The notes: generated by a model not told the origin, from the sequence alone. Shown: positions 16,833-26,392, counted from the first letter of the stretch. The stretch: 32,259 bases of DNA from Candidatus Faecenecus gallistercoris (GCA_018713065.1 DVFU01000107.1:1-32259), one strand, 5' to 3'. A program made the numbers and translations.

Positions 16833-18802
16833 TCACGAATTAACAATTTTGGATATTGTTCTTGTACTTGTGAACTATCTTCATAAAGTCTTTTTAAAAC
16901 TCCATTAAATTCATCGTCTGACATTTCTTCAATCGACTGACAAATACTCTTATATTTATTAGAATCAAACTCATTTACTACTACCGTGCCATAATCTCCT
17001 TCATATGCTGCTGTGTAAAAAGGCCGTTTTATTTTAACGCCAGGTTCAATGAAAACATCAAGACCATGATTGTACATAAAGACACAATTGCCAGCCACAT
17101 AAATTTTATCTTTACCAACTTCGTTTTTGACACACTGAACATCATGTATCGTATCTGCAATTTTTTTACCATGATAATCCCTCAAAGTATGAAAACCATA
17201 ACCATCATCTAAAACAATCATATCATCTAAGAAACGAATATTAGAATATGTAATGCCAAATGATACCTCTTCCAAAGTATGAGAAGGAACTCCATAATGA
17301 CGATTAATTTCCATCAAATGCATACCGTCTTCCTTTTTGACAGCAAAATAAACAGAATCACAATCATAACGAGGAGTTTGACGACATTCTGGACAAATTT
17401 CAATTTGATCAAAAGTATCATTAGAAAGATATTTGCCCAATCCATATAATTTCTTTTTACCATCTTGTGTAACGCAAAAGTAATCATCTCCTAAATGTTT
17501 AATTTCTTCCACACCGAATAAATCAGAAGAATAAGAAGTTTTTAAACCATAGCCAGAATCATCATGATAAATAAAATAGTTTTTCCCTGAATCTGTAATC
17601 GCAATATTATCTAAAACTTTTCTTTCTTGATTCGTATCATATACATCACACTGTCCCTGATGATAAAGAGCAACACAAGAAGAAAACAAAGGTTTAATTT
17701 CATCATACTCTGCTGGTATTTGATATTCTGAAGTCGAATATAACAAACCGAATTTTCCATCTTTTTCTAAAAGAATCATATCAGAATCATCTGCAAGAGG
17801 CTGAACAGAATCATAGATTGGTTCACAGATATGCGTTAGCTCATAATAAAGCTCTCCATTGTCATAATTCAATTTTTCTTTTAAACAGAATACACCAACT
17901 TGTCCTTCTTTCAAATAAGTAAATAAATAGGGATAAGTAAAAGAAGAAACATCATCTGCCAAAAGTGACGTCATGATTTTTCCATCTTCGCGATCAATTA
18001 AATCAATCATTGAGCCGTGTTTTCCCATCATAATAAAAGAAGCGACTGGTTTCACATCATCAAAACTAGCATCCATCATCTTATCATTCGTATAATAAAA
18101 ATATTGTCCATCTTTCTTTAATTTCAAATCCACCAATTTTCCGTATTCAAAGTCTCCATATTCGTCAGCCAAAGAAATATCATCATATTCTAATTTCGTC
18201 TGAAATCCATCGACAGAATAAATACCAAATTTTCCGTTTTTAGATACAACATATTCGTTTGGTGAAATAAGTTGAACAGAATCATATTCTTCTGAAAATT
18301 CTTCTGGATGTTCCCGGTAACGAAGAGAATTCAGTATATGATACTTTCCAGTCTCTTCATCCATTACACCAAAAACTAAATCATCAGCCATAAAAGAAAA
18401 ATCATCCTGCAACTTTGCACCATCTACTATCATTTGATGCTTTTTAGCATCATATAAAGAAACCCTAGTATAATCTGAATAAGGTGTATTTCCATCATTG
18501 AATAGAATTTGATACAAGCCATCATCTACAAGACGACCTTCAAAATTATCAGAATTCGTTACAAAAAACACTTCATGATCAGGTGTCATCAACCCACTAT
18601 GATAATCGTCAATCTTAATTCCTAAAACACCTTGAGATCCTTTTTCTGTATAACGAGCGAAAGCCGGCACAAAAACAGTTTCCTTTTCCATCCTCATGTG
18701 ATGCTCCTTTGGCTTTGCACTCTGAGTTTGTTTAGACATTGCTTGCTCATTCCTTTTAAATTCTTCTCTACTGAACTTGTTAAAATCACTACTCTTTTTC
18801 AT
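16823..18802 (-). CDS. WG-repeat-like beta-rich hypothetical protein
   Basis: Repeated K(N/D)GKFG(I/L)...EYD(D/E)I units; acidic; no signal peptide. Confidence 0.65.
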   Translation of the reverse strand: MKKSSDFNKFSREEFKRNEQAMSKQTQSAKPKEHHMRMEKETVFVPAFARYTEKGSQGVLGIKIDDYHSGLMTPDHEVFFVTNSDNFEGRLVDDGLYQILFNDGNTPYSDYTRVSLYDAKKHQMIVDGAKLQDDFSFMADDLVFGVMDEETGKYHILNSLRYREHPEEFSEEYDSVQLISPNEYVVSKNGKFGIYSVDGFQTKLEYDDISLADEYGDFEYGKLVDLKLKKDGQYFYYTNDKMMDASFDDVKPVASFIMMGKHGSMIDLIDREDGKIMTSLLADDVSSFTYPYLFTYLKEGQVGVFCLKEKLNYDNGELYYELTHICEPIYDSVQPLADDSDMILLEKDGKFGLLYSTSEYQIPAEYDEIKPLFSSCVALYHQGQCDVYDTNQERKVLDNIAITDSGKNYFIYHDDSGYGLKTSYSSDLFGVEEIKHLGDDYFCVTQDGKKKLYGLGKYLSNDTFDQIEICPECRQTPRYDCDSVYFAVKKEDGMHLMEINRHYGVPSHTLEEVSFGITYSNIRFLDDMIVLDDGYGFHTLRDYHGKKIADTIHDVQCVKNEVGKDKIYVAGNCVFMYNHGLDVFIEPGVKIKRPFYTAAYEGDYGTVVVNEFDSNKYKSICQSIEEMSDDEFNGVLKRLYEDSSQVQEQYPKLLIREKK

Positions 18803-18869
18803 TTATTAACCATAACCTCCCTACTACAATTACCTTTAGTATAAAAGAAAACAACAAAATTAACAAGAA

Positions 18870-19892
18870 TTATTTTTTACGATATTGTCTTCCTCCACGA
18901 TGACATACTTCATCAAAGAGTTTTAAGTCCTTTAATTGAGACTCTTTAGACACAACCGAAAAGTTTAGTAAGAATGTCTTTAAAACATCTTCTTCATGCT
19001 CATCATAAAAAGTAGATAAAAATTCTGATGTCATATGCTCTTTTGTCATACTTTCCACCATCATTTGTTCAAATTCAGTTTGGACAGAAAAATCTTTTTC
19101 ATAGATTCCTGATAACACGCATTCTAAAAGAGCAATCTTTCTTTCATCTTCTCCTTGATTAAATGAAAGTCTAGCTTGTACTTGACGAATAACAGAATGA
19201 TAAAACTTATTTTTCTGTCGTTTCTCTTCTGGCAACTCGCGCAATACTTGAGTCATTTGTCGTAAATTATCCGGCATAAAGAATGGCGAATCAAATGCAT
19301 GCTTACTAAAAACAAATAATTCTAAAGCATCCGAAGCAGCCTCAACTACCGTGTAATAAACTTCTTCTTTTGGAGACACAGAGTTTTGACTTAGTAGAAC
19401 ATGAGATAATGGTGCCAAACAATCATAAAATTCGACAATATTTTCAAATTCAGAACGATAAAAAGTACTAACAACTGTCTGCTGATAAAGAGGCGACGGA
19501 TGATTTAAATAACAGCAAACATCATTTAACAACAAACAAAAATGAGCATAAGGAATCCGAATCGTAACATTGTGTTGCATTTGAAATGCGCCTAAAAGTA
19601 TATTATAAACTTCTTCCCGCTTAGAATCCAATTTTATTCCCATTTCTTGACGGTAATGTGTAATTTCTAAAAAATTGCCAAGTAACATACCAAATACTAA
19701 AGATTTAGAGACATGGGGAAACTGTTCTACTATATAATCATAATATGGATTAGGTTCTTGAAACAAAATATATCTACCTATACGTTCGATTGTTTCGTCA
19801 TAAGAATAATATTTAGATGAAATATCAATAATACTTTTAAAACACTCTGAAACTTCATCACTTAAAAATACGACATCTTCTGTTCTTTCCAT
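18870..19892 (-). CDS. Hypothetical protein
   Basis: Long ORF; GGAGG SD precedes MERTED at 19892; no motif recognised. Confidence 0.65.
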   Translation of the reverse strand: MERTEDVVFLSDEVSECFKSIIDISSKYYSYDETIERIGRYILFQEPNPYYDYIVEQFPHVSKSLVFGMLLGNFLEITHYRQEMGIKLDSKREEVYNILLGAFQMQHNVTIRIPYAHFCLLLNDVCCYLNHPSPLYQQTVVSTFYRSEFENIVEFYDCLAPLSHVLLSQNSVSPKEEVYYTVVEAASDALELFVFSKHAFDSPFFMPDNLRQMTQVLRELPEEKRQKNKFYHSVIRQVQARLSFNQGEDERKIALLECVLSGIYEKDFSVQTEFEQMMVESMTKEHMTSEFLSTFYDEHEEDVLKTFLLNFSVVSKESQLKDLKLFDEVCHRGGRQYRKK

Positions 19893-20006
19893 AAAAACCC
19901 TCCTGAATATAAGTATAGTATAACAGAAAAAATGACTTACAAAGGAAATTATTTTTCTTGATATTGAATTCAAAATATCCATTTTAAAATATAGATAGCC
20001 TTTTGA

Positions 20007-20396
20007 TTATTTTTCCTCTAAAAGATGATCCTTTATCATCGTAGAAGAGATTCCTCCCGTTCGTTCAATATGAACAATCTTACAAGAATCATTTAAATAA
20101 TCAAAGTAATGCGTCGTTGTAACCATCACATCGATTTGTAAATCTTCTAACATTTGAGGAGTAATTTCACGATCCCGCAAAATAACTTCATCTACCACTT
20201 TGAAAGAGGAAATCATCTTCATTCGAATCTCTTCATTAAAATACGGATTCTTTCCCTTTTCTTTGGCAAGTCTGTCCGAAGTGACATAGACAATTAAATA
20301 ATCTCCATATTTTTTAGCACGTTCCAAATAACGAACATGGCCATAGTGAACGATATCAAACGTACCATGAGCAAGAACTTTCTTCATACGATTCAC
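20007..20396 (-). CDS. Cytidylyltransferase family protein (TagD-like)
   Basis: HGTFDIVHYGH (HxGH) and RTGGISST motifs. Confidence 0.85.
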   Translation of the reverse strand: MNRMKKVLAHGTFDIVHYGHVRYLERAKKYGDYLIVYVTSDRLAKEKGKNPYFNEEIRMKMISSFKVVDEVILRDREITPQMLEDLQIDVMVTTTHYFDYLNDSCKIVHIERTGGISSTMIKDHLLEEK

Positions 20397-20504
20397 TTCC
20401 TTATTTTTATTGTATCAAAAAAACATAGAGAGTCGCTAGAAATTACTTATCTACAATTGTTATTTTATCTATTTTTTGCTAAAATTTGAAATAGGAGGGT
20501 TTAT

Positions 20505-21056
20505 ATGTTAGATAAAGACGCAATCAAAACAGAAATCACAAGAAATAGCATATATGTAGACGGTGGAATCGATCACATTAAAGATGACTACATAGAAGTT
20601 ACTTTAGGAGACACATTGAAAGTATACGATGCTCCCTATTTAAGTATCACAAATCCTACTTCAACAAAAGAATTTAAAATGGATGAAGATGGATTTATTT
20701 TAAAACCAAACGAGTTATACATCGGTAGAACGCAAGAGTATACCAAAACTTATGGATTCGTTCCCTTACTAGCAGAAAGTGAAGAACTAGCAGCAGTCGG
20801 AATGGAAATCCACGTAACAGCAGGATTCGGGGACAACGGATTTGAAGGCACATGGACCTTAGAAATTGTCTGCACCAATCCAACCAAAGTATACCCTGGC
20901 ATGCCAATTGGACGTGTCTATTACTACCCTTTAATTGGAGATGCTGATATCGAATATCGCGGAAAATACTTTGGACAAGTAGAGCCGACAGCTTCTAGAT
21001 TATCACAAGAATACGAAGGACAGAAAGTGATGGTGAAAAAGAATGTTAACAAGTAA
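20505..21056 (+). CDS. dcd: dCTP deaminase family protein, single domain (motifs 3 and 5 intact; 1, 2, 4 degenerate)
   Basis: LKPNELYIGRTQE, IHVTAGFGDNGFEGTWTLEI, YRGKYFGQ. Confidence 0.85.
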   Translation: MLDKDAIKTEITRNSIYVDGGIDHIKDDYIEVTLGDTLKVYDAPYLSITNPTSTKEFKMDEDGFILKPNELYIGRTQEYTKTYGFVPLLAESEELAAVGMEIHVTAGFGDNGFEGTWTLEIVCTNPTKVYPGMPIGRVYYYPLIGDADIEYRGKYFGQVEPTASRLSQEYEGQKVMVKKNVNK

Positions 21057-22116
21057 TGAAATTAAAAAACAAATCGATAATGGCACCATCCAAATTGAAA
21101 ATATGGCGGAAGATGCTTTAAAAAAGCCAAACAGTTGTGACCTTCGAATCGGAAATGTTCTATATGTATTCGATTATGAAATTGTCGACACCAAAAATTG
21201 TAAAAATTATTTACAAGAAGTATTAAAAGATCAAATTAGTCATTTAAGAAGAGTCGTGATTCCAGAAACAGGATTACTATTAGAACCACATAAAGTATAC
21301 TTAACCAAAACAGTGGAAAAAATAACGACGAACGGTTACGTTCCTGTCATGAATGGAAAAACGATGTTATCTTTACTAGGTGTCAGTGTCGAACTAACGA
21401 ACGGATATAAAACGGATCACTTCGATGACCATTTACTATTAAGTATCATCGCATCCAAACCGACAATTATTTATCCAGATATCAAAATCGCCAACTTAGC
21501 ATTTTTCCCTAGTTTAAAACCATCAAACGAAATCAGAAAAATAGACGATCAAAAATCTTGTGGATTATATCAATCCGGAATGCTAAGTGGAACAGAGATT
21601 CAAAAAAGAATGCAATGCGATAATCCGGATATTATCATTACACCACAAGATAACATTGTCATCAATCCAAACTCTGTCAACCTAACCTTAAATGATACAA
21701 TTGCCATTTATTCTGATCCAGTATTAGATATGAAAAAAGAAAATGCAACTCAAAAATTTCAGATTGGAGAAGATGGTATTTGGGTTTATCCAGATGAAAT
21801 CTATTTAGGCAGAACCAACGAATGGACTGAAACGAATCGTGTCGTACCAATGATGAGTGGCCGTAGTTCTTTAGGTCGCAATGGCCTTCACGTTCATTGC
21901 TCTGCTGGGATGGGTTCCCTAGGATATAAAGGATATTGGCATATGGGAATTAGACCAGTCAAACCACTTAGACTAGTCAAAGATATGAAATGTTGTCAAA
22001 TCTACTACTTAACCGCCGAAGGAGAACAAGATAAAAACTATCAAGGATATATGCAAAATATGTCAGGCGAACAGTTAAGTAGTCCTTTATATAAGTCATT
22101 AACCAAAAAGAAATAA
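21043..22116 (+). CDS. dcd: dCTP deaminase family protein, two tandem domains
   Basis: Two repeats starting MLTSNEIKK and MLSGTEIQK. The second has NPNSVNL, GRSSLGRNGLHVH and CCQIYY. Overlaps the upstream dcd gene. Confidence 0.85.
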   Translation: MLTSNEIKKQIDNGTIQIENMAEDALKKPNSCDLRIGNVLYVFDYEIVDTKNCKNYLQEVLKDQISHLRRVVIPETGLLLEPHKVYLTKTVEKITTNGYVPVMNGKTMLSLLGVSVELTNGYKTDHFDDHLLLSIIASKPTIIYPDIKIANLAFFPSLKPSNEIRKIDDQKSCGLYQSGMLSGTEIQKRMQCDNPDIIITPQDNIVINPNSVNLTLNDTIAIYSDPVLDMKKENATQKFQIGEDGIWVYPDEIYLGRTNEWTETNRVVPMMSGRSSLGRNGLHVHCSAGMGSLGYKGYWHMGIRPVKPLRLVKDMKCCQIYYLTAEGEQDKNYQGYMQNMSGEQLSSPLYKSLTKKK

Positions 22117-22130
22117 TAATAAATAATACG

Positions 22131-22160
22131 AAAGAAGCAGGGAATCTTCCCTGCTTCTTT
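22131..22160. terminator. Bidirectional Rho-independent terminator
   Basis: Perfect 13-bp inverted repeat AAAGAAGCAGGGA-ATCT-TCCCTGCTTCTTT between convergent genes. Confidence 0.85.
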
Positions 22161-22178
22161 CATATGATAAAAACAAAT

Positions 22179-22898
22179 CTAATTTTTTGTGACAGATGCT
22201 ATCTTATTTTTTCTAAAATGCTTATAAACAAAAACGATAACTACCCCGGAAATAAAACGTATCAAAATATCATCAATATCGAAAATGGCAAGCAATAAAG
22301 TCCATTTAAGAATTTCTAACAAAATATTAGTCAAAAGTAAAAATCTAAAAAGATGTTGTTTCTTTTGTTTAAAATTCAAGCAAAAGATTCCAATAATAGA
22401 GCCAATTATAAAGTTAACGATAATATTTCGCAACAAATTCATATAATTACCGGACTGTATCGTAGAGATGATATTGATAAAAGGAATAATTGAAAAATTA
22501 TTCCTTAACGTAAATAATGTCATATTGTCAAATCCTTGAAAGTCAGTAATCAAATATAAAATCATCATAAAAAGAAGAATTCCAAATAACAGGAGTAAAA
22601 GATAATGTTTCTTACCTTGTTTGTTGAAAAGAGCGAAAGTATGTAATAACAAATTAATATCCTTTTTTTGGGCATTATCTTCTTGATTGGAATATTCACC
22701 ATTTAAAAGTTCTAAAACAGAAACATCCAAAACTTTAGACAAAGGCTCTAAAAGAGAAATATCGGGAAGTCCTACACCACGTTCCCAACGCGATACCGCT
22801 TTATTTGTTACACAAATTTGATTGGCCAATTCTTCCTGTGTAAGACCTTTCTTAGTTCGTAACATACAAATAAACTTACCAACACGTTCTGAATCCAT
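22179..22898 (-). CDS. XRE-family HTH protein fused to a VanZ-like membrane domain
   Basis: LTQEELA...AVSRWERGVGLPD HTH; C-terminal IIPF...NIIVNF...FDIDDILI. Confidence 0.8.
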   Translation of the reverse strand: MDSERVGKFICMLRTKKGLTQEELANQICVTNKAVSRWERGVGLPDISLLEPLSKVLDVSVLELLNGEYSNQEDNAQKKDINLLLHTFALFNKQGKKHYLLLLLFGILLFMMILYLITDFQGFDNMTLFTLRNNFSIIPFINIISTIQSGNYMNLLRNIIVNFIIGSIIGIFCLNFKQKKQHLFRFLLLTNILLEILKWTLLLAIFDIDDILIRFISGVVIVFVYKHFRKNKIASVTKN

Positions 22899-22996
22899 AT
22901 TAACTCACCTTCTAAACTATTATAAAAATACTTTTTCAAAAAAAGCAATCGACGGAACATAGACTTTATACAAATCAAAAAAAATAGATAAGTTTT

Positions 22997-23560
22997 TTAT
23001 CTATTTTGTGCCTTCTTTTCCAACGACTCCAACATATCTTGAATGAGTAAAACGGTCTCATTTTGACGTCTTCCCTTTTTATGGACCATCTCATTCCATT
23101 CTTCTAAAACAGTATGAACATTAGATTCATTTACTTTATCATGAAAAATTTGAAGAGCCGTTTTTTGATAATCCATAAGAGCAACTGCTCCTAGTGCACG
23201 ATAATAGGCAACTTCTGGAATATCGGACTTATAATAAAAATCAAGTGCCATTTCATCTGTTACTTTTCTAGGATTTTGAAGAATGATTTTATTAGAACGA
23301 AACACTCCATGCGGTGTAGCAGAATCTACTACATCGATTACTTCTGCATCAGGAGGAACGATAACATCATATAGCGTATCACCACGATGAAGCCAACGGA
23401 TAATTTTACTTTCCTGCGAAAAATTAAATCCACCAAAATCTTTTCCAGATTTTGCAGTAGGATCCCAATGAGATGCGACATTGACTTCCCCAATTTGATA
23501 CCGAACAGATGAATCCGCTCCACTATTTTCACCAAACATCACTTTTAAATATTTTGTCAT
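22997..23560 (-). CDS. Hypothetical protein
   Basis: GAGGAG SD precedes MTKYLK at 23560; conserved-looking GGFNFS...LYDV...FRSNKIIL core. Confidence 0.7.
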   Translation of the reverse strand: MTKYLKVMFGENSGADSSVRYQIGEVNVASHWDPTAKSGKDFGGFNFSQESKIIRWLHRGDTLYDVIVPPDAEVIDVVDSATPHGVFRSNKIILQNPRKVTDEMALDFYYKSDIPEVAYYRALGAVALMDYQKTALQIFHDKVNESNVHTVLEEWNEMVHKKGRRQNETVLLIQDMLESLEKKAQNR

Positions 23561-23568
23561 TTGAAACT

Positions 23569-23649
23569 TCACTCCTCTATACAAGAATTCAACAACATAA
23601 TAACATTAAATAAATCATTATCATGTTTGTTTATATTATGCTTTACCAT
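23569..23649 (-). pseudogene. Probable internally deleted mazF/pemK remnant (26 aa)
   Basis: ATGGTAA start/stop overlap with the antitoxin gives MVKHNINKHDNDLFNVIMLLNSCIEE*. Confidence 0.35.
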
Positions 23650-23846
23650 ATTTCCTTGCCTACATCCTCATCCCAGGAAAATTCTTTTGCCATATTTTCA
23701 CTATGATACTCTTGAAAACGCTCTTGCAAAGATATTTTTTTCTTAGGAATACTCACAATAAACTTATCACAATCTTGTTCAATATGAATCAATTTTAAAA
23801 TACAATTCTCTGATGAGTTGTCCGACTTTGGATTTTTCACTTTCAT
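23643..23846 (-). pseudogene. Degenerate AbrB/MazE-family antitoxin
   Basis: C-terminus SLQERF..Y...EFSWDEDVGKEIW is typical of MazE; the N-terminal KWGNS motif is decayed (KSDNS) and shortened. Confidence 0.6.
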
Positions 23847-23864
23847 AATTAATCACCTATTTAC

Positions 23865-23893
23865 AGCATATACAATGTATATACCCTTGTCAA
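23865..23893 (-). promoter_or_regulatory. Sigma-A promoter with palindromic operator upstream of the mazE-like gene
   Basis: TTGACA-17 nt-TATGCT; perfect inverted repeat ATATACA-A-TGTATAT at 23868-23882. Confidence 0.7.
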
Positions 23894-23903
23894 TGGTATA
23901 GTT

Positions 23904-24488
23904 TCACAATAAAAGAAAAGAAACAACTAAATAAAGTAAAATCGATGGAAATAACAAAAGAACAAGATTAATAAAGTAAATAAGAAAGATTTGACAATCT
24001 TGATATCCAACTACAGATAAAAGATATATAGTATCCTTTTCATAATAGATTACCGCACCAATCGTGAAAACAATCAACAAAAGAAAGATGCCCAGTAAAA
24101 ATTTACTAATCGAATAAAATGATTCAACATATTCTAAATTTGCTTGATACCGTTGATCAATAGCCAAAATAGCATCTTCTTTATACTTTTCATAATCTGT
24201 AAGTCTAGAAAACCAAACTTTATAATACGTATCATTAGAATTATCTATAATTCCATTTTCCATCCAATCTTCCTTTGGTATTGGAATGGATGTTCTAATA
24301 TCCTTTATTGGAATCGATTGATATTTAGAAGTGGAAGCAATTAAATACCAATCGTAATTATCAATATCAATTTGATCTACCTGCCACAAATTATAGCAAG
24401 TTACACAATAAAATATAGCAAACAGAAAAAATATAAAGCCAAAAATTCGAATATATTTTTTACGAAAAAATAACTGAATTAACATCAT
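23904..24488 (-). CDS. Short FtsX-like membrane protein
   Basis: N-terminal TM, loop, then C-terminal TMs with EK..IYLL.VVGY; coupled to the upstream permease. Confidence 0.55.
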   Translation of the reverse strand: MMLIQLFFRKKYIRIFGFIFFLFAIFYCVTCYNLWQVDQIDIDNYDWYLIASTSKYQSIPIKDIRTSIPIPKEDWMENGIIDNSNDTYYKVWFSRLTDYEKYKEDAILAIDQRYQANLEYVESFYSISKFLLGIFLLLIVFTIGAVIYYEKDTIYLLSVVGYQDCQIFLIYFINLVLLLFPSILLYLVVSFLLL

Positions 24489-25615
24489 TTTACATCACTT
24501 ACCTTATACCCTCTACTTGCCAATAAAAATATTTTAGTTAAAACAAAATTAATTACAACTTCTAAAATGAACATAATTCCGAAAATTAGAATTGGCAATG
24601 TTGGCATGAATCCCATCGCAATATCGTACGGATGAGTCCATATAAAAATTGCCACTCCAATCCAGTAGAAAATAAATGCGAGAACAATCGTAATAAGACT
24701 ACTAATCACATTTTTTATAGAATAGATACTAGAAATTTGCCCATATCGATATCCGTTCATTAAAAAAATCATAATATTCTTTTTTTCTTTCAAAAAATAA
24801 ATATACAAATACGACAATCTCACAAACAAATACAAAAACGCACCAATCACGAGTTGAGTAAAGATAGATTGATATATTTTTGCAAGTCCTTCATAATCAA
24901 CCGTAATAGGAGTATGTGTCATAGCACCGAGTTCCTCCGCTTGTTCACGAATAGAATCAACATTTTTTGCATCATTTGTCATAACGACATATACACCTTG
25001 AATTGTCGTAAATTCATCTAATAAAGACTCTTGAACATCACCAATGGTAAGCATATCGTCATGAGACAAAAAAGCCGCATTATTAGAAAGACTAAAATTC
25101 GTTGCATCAACAATACCGACAATCTCTACTTCGCATGCTTCTTCCCCACCAACAGAAATTGTAACTTTCTTGCCAATCAATTGTTGCCCTTTTATTGTTT
25201 TCCCATCAATTGTTAATTCCAAATAATTGGATGCAATCATCTGACCGGCTTGCAAATTTTGAATTTCCGCACCTGCAAAATCCATATTACTTGGAACAGA
25301 ATAAAATTCTAACGGTTGTTCTTCAATCTGAGCACGAATATAGACTTCATATTCATTTAAAAAAGCATCGACATTTGGAAGATTGCGAATCTTTTTATAG
25401 ACTTCTTCATCCCCATCTGGAACAGTCACATAAATACGATGCGCAGCAATTGCATCCTCTGTCATGATTTTAACAAAATTTTGTTGAGTAAAGAAATATG
25501 TAAGATACCCTAACAAAAACAAGAGTAAGAGTGTAAATATCAAAATTTGAATCCAATCCCGTTTATTTTTTATAATTGTTTTTCTGGCCAAAAAAATTTT
25601 ATCGTTTAGAAACAT
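24485..25615 (-). CDS. FtsX-like ABC transporter permease
   Basis: 1+3 TM layout with extracellular domain, EKKNIMIF..NGY; GAGG SD precedes ATG at 25615. Confidence 0.72.
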   Translation of the reverse strand: MFLNDKIFLARKTIIKNKRDWIQILIFTLLLLFLLGYLTYFFTQQNFVKIMTEDAIAAHRIYVTVPDGDEEVYKKIRNLPNVDAFLNEYEVYIRAQIEEQPLEFYSVPSNMDFAGAEIQNLQAGQMIASNYLELTIDGKTIKGQQLIGKKVTISVGGEEACEVEIVGIVDATNFSLSNNAAFLSHDDMLTIGDVQESLLDEFTTIQGVYVVMTNDAKNVDSIREQAEELGAMTHTPITVDYEGLAKIYQSIFTQLVIGAFLYLFVRLSYLYIYFLKEKKNIMIFLMNGYRYGQISSIYSIKNVISSLITIVLAFIFYWIGVAIFIWTHPYDIAMGFMPTLPILIFGIMFILEVVINFVLTKIFLLASRGYKVSDVK

Positions 25616-26282
25616 TAGAAACCTCAATCAACTTTCCGTCTTTCAGTTCCAGACAATAATCAGCATAATCAAAAACTTTTTCATCATGAGAAACAACAAT
25701 TACACACAAACCTTCTTGGGATAAGTCTTTTAAAAGTTGAAATACTTTAATTGTATTTCTTTTATCTAGCGAACTAGTTGGTTCATCACACAAGAGATAT
25801 TTAGGGCGATTTGCTAATGCTCTTGCAATACATACTCTCTGTTTTTCACCACCAGATAATTCTTTAGGATAATGATTCATTCTTTTTTCTAATCCGAATT
25901 TTTTTAATAATTTTTTTGCGATTATGGTTCTCTCGTCTTTAGAAATATCAGAATTAACTAACATAGGTAACAACACATTCTCCAAAGAATTTAAGTAATC
26001 ATTTAAATCCATACTCTGAGATACATAACCGATATTATTTTTACGAAGTGAAATTAATTCCTTCCGATTTAACTTTGTTACATCGACTTTATCAAAAATA
26101 TAACTTCCCGAAGTCACTTTTTCCAATAAACCCAAAATATGAATCAAAGTAGTTTTTCCGGAACCGGACTCTCCAAAAATTGCATACAATTTTCCTAAAC
26201 GAAAAGAATAACTTAAGTCTTGTAAAACAGAAATATTTTTTCCTTTCTTTTTATAACTCTTACAAACATTTTTTAATTTCAT
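25599..26282 (-). CDS. ABC transporter ATP-binding protein (LolD-like)
   Basis: GESGSGKTT, LSGGEKQR, LLCDEPT, VSHD. Confidence 0.92.
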   Translation of the reverse strand: MKLKNVCKSYKKKGKNISVLQDLSYSFRLGKLYAIFGESGSGKTTLIHILGLLEKVTSGSYIFDKVDVTKLNRKELISLRKNNIGYVSQSMDLNDYLNSLENVLLPMLVNSDISKDERTIIAKKLLKKFGLEKRMNHYPKELSGGEKQRVCIARALANRPKYLLCDEPTSSLDKRNTIKVFQLLKDLSQEGLCVIVVSHDEKVFDYADYCLELKDGKLIEVSNVSKR

Positions 26283-26392
26283 GAAACTCTCCTCATACAA
26301 CCTTCATGAATCATAAGCAAGTACTAATTACCCAAAGTATATCATAGGAATGCAAACTTAACAATCAATTTATTTTCTTTATCATCTATCTT

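Noticed and set aside
18799-18822. 4-codon uORF (MVNK*) overlapping the start of the 659-aa gene
   Set aside because: GGAGG is only 2 nt from the uORF ATG, too close for efficient initiation; no further support.
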